This document shows, in pieces, positions 29,088 through 39,004 of a stretch of DNA of 64,000 nt (position 1 is its first letter; each line of letters starts with the position of its first letter). The DNA is from Nitrosopumilaceae archaeon (GTDB lineage Archaea > Thermoproteota > Nitrososphaeria > Nitrososphaerales > Nitrosopumilaceae), in NCBI GenBank assembly GCA_965207375.1, contig OZ242274.1, positions 768,001 to 832,000 on the forward strand, in the 5' to 3' direction. Made by a program: the position numbers and the translations under genes. Below the pieces are notes generated by a model, which saw only the letters and a list, made by a program, of their open reading frames with translations, had not been told where the DNA came from and made no database searches.

Positions 29088-29840
29088 GTGAAAATTGAAG
29101 ACTATCTAGATTCGCTTCCACACAATATCATATCGGGAGAAGATGTGCAGTTGCCTGATGACTCATTTAGGGAGATTTTTGATTTTGTCAATTTGGGAAA
29201 AGACGACGTTTTTTATCATCTAGGGTGCGGTGATACAAAGGGAATCGAAATTGCGATAAATGAATATGGCATCAAAAAGGCAATAGGCATAGACATCAGC
29301 CAAGAAAAAATTTCAAGATGTAAAATAAAATCGATAAAAAATTCGGAATTCATATGTGGTGATGCTGTACATCAAGAATACAAAGATGCTACCGTTATTT
29401 TATTTTGGTTTGCAGACCAAAGGATAATTGATTCCATGACAGAAAAATTCCAAAGACTGTCTCCCAATTGTAAAATTATCACGATATTAGATCCGTTGCC
29501 TAATTTCAAACCTGACAATGTAAGGTTTCCGTATCTTGTTTATATCACGCCTTTTACAAAATCCGAAACTATACAAGATCAATTGTTGTCAATTTTTGGC
29601 GTCAACTGCATTGACTTTGTTACTGCATGGGAATTTGCAGAAAGGTACACAAAAGCCATAGGTAGTCCCAAGGCACAAAACGACAGATTTCTTACCATCA
29701 TGCAATCAGTAATCATGTGGATTAACGCCAAAAATCTCGGCGTTGCCTGCGATGAGAAAATGCCTGAATCAATTAAAACATACATTTCAATTTTGAGAGA
29801 ATTTTTTAATATAGAGGTAGAACACCTTTTAAAAAAATAA
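29088..29840 (+). CDS. SAM-dependent methyltransferase
   Basis: FYHLGCGD, GIDIS. Confidence 0.78.
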   Translation: MKIEDYLDSLPHNIISGEDVQLPDDSFREIFDFVNLGKDDVFYHLGCGDTKGIEIAINEYGIKKAIGIDISQEKISRCKIKSIKNSEFICGDAVHQEYKDATVILFWFADQRIIDSMTEKFQRLSPNCKIITILDPLPNFKPDNVRFPYLVYITPFTKSETIQDQLLSIFGVNCIDFVTAWEFAERYTKAIGSPKAQNDRFLTIMQSVIMWINAKNLGVACDEKMPESIKTYISILREFFNIEVEHLLKK

Positions 29841-29879
29841 ATGTGCAATCTTTTTATTTTGTGAATTTAAGACAAAGGT

Positions 29880-30227
29880 GTGAATGCAAGATTACACATC
29901 AATGTATCTACAGTGGATTATGACAAAACCAGCAAGGCCATAGGCAAAACACTGTCATTGCTAGAGCAAAGGACTCGTGGAGAAGACGAGTTTGTCATGA
30001 CGGACTCGGAGTTTGCATTCGGATGGCATTTTTTCGTGGTAAGTGTGAATCTAGAGATGATTGAAAAGCTATCAGAACAGATGGGTTCTGACTTTGAAAA
30101 ACTAAGGGGCAAGGGAACCGACAAGAAATTCCTTACTTGGCTTACAAGCCAAATTGGATCAGAAATTCCAAGATTTAAGCTAGCAATCAAAGAGGAGATG
30201 GAATCTAGTAAATTTGGAATATTTTAG
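29880..30227 (+). CDS. Hypothetical protein
   Basis: 115-aa ORF co-directional with neighbours; DSEFAFGWHFFVV. Confidence 0.7.
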   Translation: MNARLHINVSTVDYDKTSKAIGKTLSLLEQRTRGEDEFVMTDSEFAFGWHFFVVSVNLEMIEKLSEQMGSDFEKLRGKGTDKKFLTWLTSQIGSEIPRFKLAIKEEMESSKFGIF

Positions 30228-30420
30228 ACAAAATGACGCAAATTCTGTAATGTGCCTTTGTATAGTTGGGTGCCTAACTTCTTGACCGGCAATTATCATC
30301 TGATTTGGCTTTTGCACCTGATAAATTTGATTTAGTTGCCAAATCTTAAAAATTACTCTTAAAATTATGGCTGATTTCATAGATAAGAGTTAAAATGCCT
30401 ACCTTTACTAATTCAATAGA

Positions 30421-32592
30421 GTGCGCTTGAAGAAAATACGATTACTTGTCTTTACTATTCTGATATTATCTATAGTATCAGTTACGATGCCGGGAACTCT
30501 TGCTGCACCACTGACAGACAACGATGACGACGGGATTCCAAACAATATGGACAAATGTCCGCATTTGAAAGAAGACTATGATCCACAATACGGCAACATT
30601 TTAGACGGCTGTCCTGCAGACTTTGTACCTTGGTATGATACTGATTATGATGGAATACAGGACCACCTTGATTTGTGTCCTACAGTTAGGGAAAATTACA
30701 ACCAGTATCAGGATGAGGACGGATGTATAGACATTGCACCTAATACGGGAAAAGAACTGCCAGATTCTGATAATGACGGCTTTATTGACAATTTGGACTC
30801 GTGTCCTAACCAGCCTGAAACATTTAACGGCATAGATGATAAAGACGGATGTCCTGATGAGGCAAGCGCAGTAGATTCTGATCAGGATGGTCTTTCAGAC
30901 GCAAATGATGCATGCCCTCTTCAATCTGAAACCTATAACAAATTCCAGGATGATGATGGCTGTCCAGACTTTGTAGTTGAGTCTTCTAGTCAGTACCAGT
31001 TCCCAGATACTGACGGTGACGGAATACCAGACAGATGGGACAGCTGCATCAACGAGGCTGAAAACTTTAACGGAGTATTAGACACAGATGGTTGTCCTGA
31101 AAAACCAGGATTTGCATCAGAGGGACTAGTCGATTCTGATTATGATACAATACCTGACAATCTAGATAAATGCCCAACAGTTCGGGAAAATTTCAATAAA
31201 TTCCAAGATGAGGACGGATGTCCTGACACCATAGACAGTGTGTCCACAGGTGACACTGACTTGGATGGAATTTTAGATTCTTTAGATTTGTGTCCGTATC
31301 TCACAGAAACTTATAACAAGTACAAAGACGGCGATGGATGTCCTGACAGTATAAGTGAAAAACCAGGTGTTATAGATGCAGACGGCGATGGAATAATTGA
31401 CAATTTGGATTTGTGTCCTGGTCAGCCTGAAACATACAATGGATTTCAAGACACTGATGGATGTCCTGACAAGTCTGTATTGCTCGCAGATGCAGATGCA
31501 GACGGGATTATAGACCTGCTAGATGAATGCAAAACAGTACCTGAAACCTATAACAAATTCCAAGATGAGGACGGCTGTCCAGACTCTGTAGATACGTCTT
31601 CTAGTCAGTACCAGTTCCCAGATACTGACGGTGACGGAATACCAGACAGATGGGACAGCTGCATCAACGAGGCTGAAAACTTTAACGGAGTATTAGACAC
31701 AGATGGTTGTCCTGAAAAACCAGGATTTGCATCAGAGGGACTAGTCGATTCTGATTATGATACAATACCTGACAATCTAGATAAATGCCCAACAGTTCGG
31801 GAAAATTTCAATAAATTCCAAGATGAGGACGGATGTCCTGATTTAATAATATTGGAATCAACTGGAGATGCAGACTATGATGGAGTACCTGACAATATTG
31901 ATCAGTGTCAATATGCAAGAGAAACTTACAATTTGTTCCAAGACGATGATGGATGTCCTGACAATAGGGGCATAGCACCTACAATTCCAGATTCAGATGG
32001 AGATCAAATACCTGATTTCCAAGATTTGTGTCCGATTCAATCCGAAACATACAACAATTACAAAGATGATGATGGTTGCCCTGACAAAAATCTCTCAACA
32101 TCTGACTCTGATTTGGACGGAATTGCAGATGTAGATGATCTCTGTCCGATATTGCCTGAAAACTATAACAAATTCCAGGATACAGACGGCTGTCCAGACT
32201 CTGTAGTTGCATCTTCTAGTCAGTACCAGTTCCCAGATACTGACGGTGACGGAATTCAGGATAGACGGGACAGCTGCATCAACGAGGCTGAAAACTTTAA
32301 TGATTATCTAGATTGGGACGGCTGTCCTGATGTAATTCCTGCAGGAAATACAGAACCAACACGCATTGATACTGACGATGACGGAATCGTGGACGGATTA
32401 GATTCGTGTCCAAATCATAAGGAAACATGGAACAAATACAAAGATACCGACGGCTGTCCTGACATATTCCCAGAACAATCACGATTCATACACGACAATG
32501 ACCTAGATGGTATCATCAATGAGGATGACATGTGCCCAGCCGTTGCAGAGGATTATGACGGCATCAAAGATACCGACGGCTGTCCAGAATAA
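30421..32592 (+). CDS. Secreted thrombospondin type-3 repeat protein (paralog A)
   Basis: Signal peptide followed by many DxDxDGIxDxxDxCP..E..N...D.DGCP units. Confidence 0.9.
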   Translation: MRLKKIRLLVFTILILSIVSVTMPGTLAAPLTDNDDDGIPNNMDKCPHLKEDYDPQYGNILDGCPADFVPWYDTDYDGIQDHLDLCPTVRENYNQYQDEDGCIDIAPNTGKELPDSDNDGFIDNLDSCPNQPETFNGIDDKDGCPDEASAVDSDQDGLSDANDACPLQSETYNKFQDDDGCPDFVVESSSQYQFPDTDGDGIPDRWDSCINEAENFNGVLDTDGCPEKPGFASEGLVDSDYDTIPDNLDKCPTVRENFNKFQDEDGCPDTIDSVSTGDTDLDGILDSLDLCPYLTETYNKYKDGDGCPDSISEKPGVIDADGDGIIDNLDLCPGQPETYNGFQDTDGCPDKSVLLADADADGIIDLLDECKTVPETYNKFQDEDGCPDSVDTSSSQYQFPDTDGDGIPDRWDSCINEAENFNGVLDTDGCPEKPGFASEGLVDSDYDTIPDNLDKCPTVRENFNKFQDEDGCPDLIILESTGDADYDGVPDNIDQCQYARETYNLFQDDDGCPDNRGIAPTIPDSDGDQIPDFQDLCPIQSETYNNYKDDDGCPDKNLSTSDSDLDGIADVDDLCPILPENYNKFQDTDGCPDSVVASSSQYQFPDTDGDGIQDRRDSCINEAENFNDYLDWDGCPDVIPAGNTEPTRIDTDDDGIVDGLDSCPNHKETWNKYKDTDGCPDIFPEQSRFIHDNDLDGIINEDDMCPAVAEDYDGIKDTDGCPE
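30981..31841 (+). repeat. 246-bp identical direct repeat, period 615 bp
   Basis: 30981-31226 = 31596-31841. Confidence 0.88.
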
Positions 32593-32626
32593 TCAAAATT
32601 CTCAGATTTTTTCATTAATGAAAAGG

Positions 32627-32699
32627 GGCCCTCGAGGGGAATCGAACTCCTGTCCGGGGATCCACAATCCCCTATACTAACCACTGTACTACGAGGGCC
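32627..32699 (-). tRNA. tRNA-His(GTG)
   Basis: G-1 GCCCTCG acceptor, GGGGA-TT-GTG-GA-TCCCC, GTTCGATTC. Confidence 0.93.
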
Positions 32700-32792
32700 A
32701 CAGAGAATCTAGGGGTTTTTCCTGTAATAATCTTTGATTTTTGGCAGAATCAGGCACTGTAGATTTATTATTGAGCGTATATCATTTGACGT

Positions 32793-32873
32793 ATGAGATA
32801 CTGGTGGCTAGGTATGGCATTGGCGTCTGGAATAGTTTGGTATGGAATAAACTATCTACTTCCTTGGAAATAG
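32793..32873 (+). CDS. Candidate 26-aa membrane peptide
   Basis: MRYWWLGMALASGIVWYGINYLLPWK; tttatta box at 32764-32770. Confidence 0.45.
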   Translation: MRYWWLGMALASGIVWYGINYLLPWK

Positions 32874-33071
32874 GACTCGATTTTAACAGATGCTAGTGAT
32901 TTCAAAAAATAGTTCTTGATTAGATAGTGATTTTTGTGCGATATTAGGTAAAACGTGGACCTGACGGGATGAGGCCGTATTTGCCGCTCTATAGTCCCAA
33001 AAGTAGTTCACCCCCCTCCGGTTTTGACTGTGCCAATCTAGACTGCAACAATCACATTACGTCCATATACT

Positions 33072-33545
33072 ATGTATGGAGTAGAAATGATGACATGTGC
33101 CTTGCTCCCAAAACATGACAAGCATAAACCAAGACGCAGTAAAAGATGGCGACATGTCAGCAGGCAGAAGTTACAGATAGTGAGCAAACTAGACGAATCC
33201 CAAGTCGACTGGATATTGCGGGAAAAGCGCAAGATTACCTCCAACAAGGAGATAACCGAATCAATTGGTAGGATTGCACACGACTTTTGCATCTTCTTTA
33301 TGGGACACAAGTGCTCGATGGAGATAAAATACACCACCAACAAGAGGATGTTGCCTTAGATTCTGACTCTGGAGATGTGCGAGTCGTTTGTAAGATCTGA
33401 AGAGTTCCTAGATTTGGAGAATCGCATGAACAGCACTACGTGATGCAGGACCACAAGCAGGAGCTGTAGGATGCAATACAGAGCACGACGCTAGAGCAGC
33501 TGGACCTGATGCTAGAGGCGCTAAGAAATGGTGCAAGCAACATAC
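33072..33545 (+). pseudogene. Chimeric remnant: IS-type transposase N-terminus joined to a tyrosine integrase C-terminus
   Basis: SKLDESQVDWILREKRK then IAHDFCIFFMGHK..KYTTNK..LP*..EMCESFVRSEEFLDLE; in-frame stops; GC-rich relative to the window. Confidence 0.6.
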
Positions 33546-33718
33546 AAGGTCTGACTCGCCACCAAGGCAGCGGCAAACTGTTGCAGACACCGATGCCGCA
33601 GAGCGTCTGATTGTACAGCACGGCTGGGTTGTACGCATGCACGCTGCCAAACGGCAAAGTGGTGTTGCATTAGCCACCGCAGCGACAACCAAAAAAGAGC
33701 TCGCCCCAAGTGTAGTAG

Positions 33719-33793
33719 TGGGCCCGGAGGGCTTCGATCCCTCGACCATTGGATTAGAAGTCCAACACTCTATCCATGCTGAGCTACAGGCCC
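33719..33793 (-). tRNA. tRNA-Arg(TCT)
   Basis: GGGCCTG acceptor, TTGGA-CT-TCT-AA-TCCAA, GAGGG-ATCGAAG-CCCTC T arm. Confidence 0.93.
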
Positions 33794-33941
33794 AAAAACT
33801 TGGGGAGTTTTTACCATTTTAAGGGTTTAAACCGTCATGTGTAATTCCAAGTTTTACCCAAAATCATCTGCAACACTTGTAAGCCAATTATACAAATAAT
33901 GACACCATTGTCAATGTACTCACTGTTCCAGTCAAAGCAAG

Positions 33942-34772
33942 TTACCATCCTCTCAGGTTTTGATCTCTGATTGACTTGAACAAAAATTGCTGAGACAGTC
34001 CTGCAAAAGCTCCAAAATAACTTACAACCTGATTGTGCAGCATTTCATATTTTTTTGTTGTGATACTTTTTGTCTTGATTGAAAACCTTTTTGCATAAAA
34101 TTCCTCTAGTGCCTTTAACATCCACGTGTCAAGCGGAAACGCATCTAACTTTTCTAATGAAAACAACATGATACAGTCTGCAACCTTGTTTCCTATACCG
34201 GGAACCTGCACTAGTGTGGATTTTACTGTCTGATAGCTTTGCTTTTTTAGATCATCAAAATCTATTTGCCCATCTGCGATTTTTTGGGATGCCTGCTTTA
34301 CAAATTTTGTCCTGTACCCTAACCCGCATTGCTGTAATTGGCCCAAAGGTGCATCTGCAAGCTTTTTTGGATTTGGAAACACATAGTACGTGTCATTTTT
34401 GAAACTTTTCTTTTTTCCAAACTTTTGACACAGTTTTTTCAGCCGTAGTCTGATGTTTGGTATATTTGAGTTTGATGAGACTATAAATGAAATATAGCAT
34501 TGAAACGGATCCTGTCGTAACAGCCTGAGACCTCTGTATTTTTTTACTGCCCGTCGTATAACCGGATCCTTTGAGATGCTTTTTAGCATCATGTCATAGT
34601 TGTCGCTTAATCTAAAAAATTCATATTCTGATTCACTAGATGAATCCTGTTCAAAATTTTCACTTACCTGTAAAATCGATTCCCCGTTAATTCCATACCA
34701 ACTGCCGTCGTGCCTTTTCCATAAAAACACCTGCCCGCTGTTAATCGAGTCTGTTACATTTACACTTGACAT
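33942..34772 (-). CDS. 8-oxoguanine DNA glycosylase (OGG1-like, HhH-GPD)
   Basis: SGQVFLW, LRLLRQDP, SSNSNIPNI, GLGYR, PGIGNKVADC, FPLDTW. Confidence 0.9.
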   Translation of the reverse strand: MSSVNVTDSINSGQVFLWKRHDGSWYGINGESILQVSENFEQDSSSESEYEFFRLSDNYDMMLKSISKDPVIRRAVKKYRGLRLLRQDPFQCYISFIVSSNSNIPNIRLRLKKLCQKFGKKKSFKNDTYYVFPNPKKLADAPLGQLQQCGLGYRTKFVKQASQKIADGQIDFDDLKKQSYQTVKSTLVQVPGIGNKVADCIMLFSLEKLDAFPLDTWMLKALEEFYAKRFSIKTKSITTKKYEMLHNQVVSYFGAFAGLSQQFLFKSIRDQNLRGW

Positions 34773-34774
34773 TT

Positions 34775-36040
34775 TCAGACATCAAATGTCTCATTTATTT
34801 TGGGCGCATGCGCCTCAAAACCAAACCTTTCATGAATTTCCTGTGCAAATTTTGTGCACGACTCTGAATCGCCGTGAACAGTCAATACCTTGGGATTGCC
34901 CTGTATAGTCTTTATCATGTCAAACAACTCTGTCCTATCTGAATGTCCAGAAAATTGAAACTGTCGTACCTCTGCTGCTACCTTTAGTTCCTTGCCCCTT
35001 GTAGATACCTTGCCCGTATCTAGTAGCATTTTTCCAGGAGTTCCCTCCCCTTGATACGAAACTAGGGCAATGCCATTTTTATCATCAAATGCTAACTGTT
35101 GCAGGAAAAATACAGCATTTCCACCCACAAGCATACCTGCAGGAGATATTATTACACATGGCTCTTCAATTGATTTTTTGCGCTCTTGATGATTTCGAAT
35201 TGCAATCGAGTCATTAATTGAATCTGCAAATACTTGGGGATCCCTGAGATAACTTGGATGTTTAAACATTATTTCGTTTACCTTCAGTGCCATGCCATCC
35301 ATGTATACATTGTGTTTGAAATTGGCATTTTTTAATATACATGCAATCTCTTGTGATCTTTCAACGGAAAATGAGGGAATAAAACACACTCCTTTTCTGT
35401 CCATTATTTCATTTACAAATTCTAACAGTCCTTCTTCTGATTGGCGTCTTGGTGGCTGGTTTGTTTGCGAATATGTACTTTCAGTAATTAGCAAATCTAT
35501 TTCTCCAATGTCCAAATCCGCCTCGCGCAACATTCTAGAGCCCTTTACATGTATGTCGCCCGTATAGAACATCTTTTTGCCTTCTGCTTGTACCAAGACT
35601 GTACTTCCTCCAAGCACATGACCCGATTCCCTAAACTCAAATGACATTGAACCTCGTTTTACTTGTTCTTTGTATCCTATCTCCTTTACATTTCTCATCA
35701 TATTGTTTACCTCAGGCAGATCAAATGCATGAAAATTTTTTTCAATTTTTAACATGTCCTCAATGAGCAGCTGGCTCAAATCCATGGTTGGCGGTGTTGC
35801 ATATACGTTGGTATTTCCACTTACAAATAGAGACGGAACGTTTCCAGAATGATCCAGATGTGCATGAGTAATGATAATTGAATCAATATCTTTGGGCTTT
35901 ACATGTAGGGGATACTTTGGCGGAGTACCTCTTCTTGCAAATAACACGCCATAATCTAAGAGGAGCGTAGTTGAGCCGCTATTGACAAGAAATCCGGACC
36001 TGCCAACCTCGTTTGCTGCACCTAAAACATTTACCTTCAA
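34775..36040 (-). CDS. Beta-CASP MBL-fold ribonuclease (aCPSF2-like)
   Basis: EVGRS, THAHLDH, GHVLG, YTGD, ESTY, FSGH, VHG. Confidence 0.9.
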   Translation of the reverse strand: MKVNVLGAANEVGRSGFLVNSGSTTLLLDYGVLFARRGTPPKYPLHVKPKDIDSIIITHAHLDHSGNVPSLFVSGNTNVYATPPTMDLSQLLIEDMLKIEKNFHAFDLPEVNNMMRNVKEIGYKEQVKRGSMSFEFRESGHVLGGSTVLVQAEGKKMFYTGDIHVKGSRMLREADLDIGEIDLLITESTYSQTNQPPRRQSEEGLLEFVNEIMDRKGVCFIPSFSVERSQEIACILKNANFKHNVYMDGMALKVNEIMFKHPSYLRDPQVFADSINDSIAIRNHQERKKSIEEPCVIISPAGMLVGGNAVFFLQQLAFDDKNGIALVSYQGEGTPGKMLLDTGKVSTRGKELKVAAEVRQFQFSGHSDRTELFDMIKTIQGNPKVLTVHGDSESCTKFAQEIHERFGFEAHAPKINETFDV

Positions 36041-36153
36041 TATCGTGACTGATTCAGAGTCTACGTTAAAATCTTGTTACGATTGTACCGATCATTCCTC
36101 AAGACTCATAATCTACAAAAGCTTTAATTAGTGTAAGCTAAGATTCGATCTTC

Positions 36154-36366
36154 ATGGGAAGAAGCTTCCAAGAATGGTTAGGTCAACAAGACCAAAAACT
36201 AGTCAGTAAAACGCGTGCTGGTGACGAGGCAAATAAACCCCTTCTTAATCAGGTAAACTGGATTTGGGTACAGAATCTTATGAACAAGAAAGCTGAGCTT
36301 AATCCATCATCTGCAGAATTATTAGATTGGGTAACCTCTGGTCAGATAGACGCAATGAGAAAGTAA
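36154..36366 (+). CDS. Small hypothetical protein, thaumarchaeal type
   Basis: TATA-like tttaatta upstream, T-rich tract downstream; LNQVNWIWV..ELLDWVTSGQI. Confidence 0.8.
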   Translation: MGRSFQEWLGQQDQKLVSKTRAGDEANKPLLNQVNWIWVQNLMNKKAELNPSSAELLDWVTSGQIDAMRK

Positions 36367-36504
36367 TACGTGAAACCCACGTTTCTTTTTGTTTTTTATT
36401 ATTTATCGACAAATTGGAGTGTTTATCCGATCAGATTTTTTCTATAACCCTGTTATGAATTTCGATTATGGTTTAAATAGCAACCAAGCATTGATTATAT
36501 CGTA

Positions 36505-36807
36505 ATGCCAATCGCAATACTTCCAGACATTGACGAGCAAAGATGTATCGGATGTGCACTATGTGTAGAAATCTGTACAACACTTGGTCCAGATGTCCTT
36601 AGAGTAAAACCTGTTGAAGGCTGGAAGAGAGGTAAAGCATTTGTATTTTATCCAGAGAGATGTATCTCTGATGGTGCATGCATCGGTGTATGCCCAACAA
36701 AGTCAATCTTTTGGATGAGACCAATGAACTACACTGCTGGACAACCAGTACCTCTTCACAAAAACGGTGTCTTCATCAAGGGCTGGGCAGAAGACGCAGC
36801 ATTATAA
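36505..36807 (+). CDS. 4Fe-4S ferredoxin
   Basis: CIGCALCVEIC and CISDGACIGVCP; TATA tttaaata at ~36472. Confidence 0.93.
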   Translation: MPIAILPDIDEQRCIGCALCVEICTTLGPDVLRVKPVEGWKRGKAFVFYPERCISDGACIGVCPTKSIFWMRPMNYTAGQPVPLHKNGVFIKGWAEDAAL

Positions 36808-36838
36808 GCAGAGTCTTTTAGCACACATTTTTTTCTTT

Positions 36839-38350
36839 TTAAATTTTTAAGGACTTTTTTTTGATAGATTTAGAAAGTGTCTTTACAAAAAACTTGATAA
36901 ATTCGTCGTTTTTGTCAAAGATGATTTCCTCAAATTCGTTATTTTCAAAGAATTTCTTCCAGGTCTGTTCAAAGACTGGAAATTCCCTCGGATTTTGTTT
37001 GATTCTTACTGACACATAATGTGCAGCAGGAAACACATCTGAGATCTCTATGGGTATTAACCCCAAAAATGGATTGTATTGGCACACCTGAATGTCGTCT
37101 AAATTTTTCACACTTGCTAGTTTTTTATATTCGGGAGACAGATATGCTGGTTTCTGGCCGGTTTCTGGCATTATTAACAGAGTTCTCTTTTTTGTTTTAA
37201 AATTTCGAACATTTTGATTGTATGAAATCACTTCGGGTCTGAATTGATCCTCTTTTGAAAAAACAAAGATTGCCTTTTCCTTAAATTTTGGCGTGGTTTT
37301 TTCCAAATAATCTACATTTGCAACTAGCACGTCAATTACCTCATACAATTTTGGATGTGCCCTGCATTTTTTGATTACATATTCCCACAGCCTTCCTTCA
37401 TGTATTGCCTCTTTTACCCTGTCCACTTCTGCCTTTATAGAATACAGATTATGCAATGCAATCTTGTTTATTCTATCAGTTTGTTCTAGCATAGATATCT
37501 GCTTGGGCGTATATTTGGTGCAAATTTCACACTGGCATGCAAAATACATCATTTCTGAAATGCGTCTAGTACCGTCCTCTGTAATGTATCTGTCATGTTT
37601 GGCATAGAGCATGTATGAGGCAGAATCAAAGGTATCACATCCTAATGCAACAGCAAACGGAATTGTCAGCGGATGACCGGCACCAAACAGGTGCAATGGA
37701 ACCGAATGCGGCATCTGCTTTTTGGCAGCAATTATCATCTCTGCTAACAGTTTGTACTCGTAAGACTCCATAAATTCAACCGGACTTCCTAGTGCAAGCA
37801 TTGGAAACCCCATATCTAGGAGGGACTTTGTGGATTTTTTTACTAGTTCAAAGTGTTCGCCTCCCTGAATCGGACCAATCCAGATTTGTCCATTATCTGT
37901 ACTTGTCTCAAGTGTTTCCTTGCAGACCCTTAGCGTATGGTCTACGTATTGTTTTGCAGTATTCTTTGATAGTCCAAACCCTGTAGGCTTGTCCAACGGA
38001 ATTGCAAAATCAGTCATAATGTCAATTTCAAATTTTTTCATCTGTTCTGGAGATACGTCCACGTTTCCATACTCTAGAACCTGATAGCCGCCCGAATCCG
38101 TCATTACAGAGCCCTCATAGTTGATTATCTTGTGTATGCCTTTTTTTACTGCCTCGTCTCCATAACTGTTTCTTGAAATGTATGCATTTGTAATGACTAC
38201 ATCAAAGCCCATATCTTGGATCTTTTTTGCGGCGATAGATTGCTTGACAGGATGTATTACAGGAACAAATGACGGAGTTTGGATTACTCCGTGATTGGTT
38301 CTAATCTTTGCTATCCTTGCTGCCAGATCAGTCTTGATAATTTCAAACAT
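36839..38350 (-). CDS. tgtA: tRNA-guanine(15) transglycosylase (archaeosine pathway)
   Basis: MTDSGGYQ, PIQGG, HLFGAGHP, GCDTFDSASY, CQCEIC, HNL. Confidence 0.93.
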   Translation of the reverse strand: MFEIIKTDLAARIAKIRTNHGVIQTPSFVPVIHPVKQSIAAKKIQDMGFDVVITNAYISRNSYGDEAVKKGIHKIINYEGSVMTDSGGYQVLEYGNVDVSPEQMKKFEIDIMTDFAIPLDKPTGFGLSKNTAKQYVDHTLRVCKETLETSTDNGQIWIGPIQGGEHFELVKKSTKSLLDMGFPMLALGSPVEFMESYEYKLLAEMIIAAKKQMPHSVPLHLFGAGHPLTIPFAVALGCDTFDSASYMLYAKHDRYITEDGTRRISEMMYFACQCEICTKYTPKQISMLEQTDRINKIALHNLYSIKAEVDRVKEAIHEGRLWEYVIKKCRAHPKLYEVIDVLVANVDYLEKTTPKFKEKAIFVFSKEDQFRPEVISYNQNVRNFKTKKRTLLIMPETGQKPAYLSPEYKKLASVKNLDDIQVCQYNPFLGLIPIEISDVFPAAHYVSVRIKQNPREFPVFEQTWKKFFENNEFEEIIFDKNDEFIKFFVKTLSKSIKKKSLKI

Positions 38351-38378
38351 TTTATCATAGTGAAATTGCTGATTATAT

Positions 38379-38933
38379 TTAATTAGTTGGAAAGAACCTT
38401 TCTGTGTCTTGCTTTGCGTATACTAGTGCAAGCCAGTCAATTACGTCCTCGACCCGATGGCCAGATAATGCATTGTTGATGACATTTACGGTTTCTCTAA
38501 TTGAGCGTTTGCTGGTATCTATTTGAATGATTTTTTTGTATCCGAATTTTTTTATCGAGTCATGTGCAATAATTCCAAGTATCTCACTTGCCTGGTTTTC
38601 TATTCTTTTCTGCTTTGAATATTTTCGTTTTCTATATATGGAATCTAGTTTGTATGGATTTTTGCGCAACACTATGACAGTCTCTGCCTGCCGTTTTGCA
38701 AGTACGTAGGGGGCAAGATGACCCACCACTAGCGTGTCTTTTGAAATTTTTTCTTTAATTATATTTTGTAATTTTTTGACATCCACATCAAGTGTTTCTT
38801 TTGACGGCTCGACAATTTTGTTTTGTATTGCCGTTTCGTTAAGATCTAAAATGGTCAGATTTTGACTTTTGGCAATTTTTTCAGATAATGTGTGCTTTCC
38901 TACGCCCGGATTGCCTGTTAATACGATTGCCAT
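38379..38933 (-). CDS. Adenylate/NMP kinase (AK6-like)
   Basis: P-loop TGNPGVGKH, VVGHL, RKYSKQKRIEN; start MAIVL. Confidence 0.85.
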   Translation of the reverse strand: MAIVLTGNPGVGKHTLSEKIAKSQNLTILDLNETAIQNKIVEPSKETLDVDVKKLQNIIKEKISKDTLVVGHLAPYVLAKRQAETVIVLRKNPYKLDSIYRKRKYSKQKRIENQASEILGIIAHDSIKKFGYKKIIQIDTSKRSIRETVNVINNALSGHRVEDVIDWLALVYAKQDTERFFPTN

Positions 38934-39004
38934 AAATTTCAGATTCTGTAACACGGCTGGTAATTTATGCAATACTAATATGGACAAATAGAATCTTTAT
39001 GTTC

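Noticed and set aside
32956-32970. gtggacctgacggga as a possible att copy of a tRNA 3' end
   Set aside because: Too short and too divergent from the tRNA-Arg 3' end to support.
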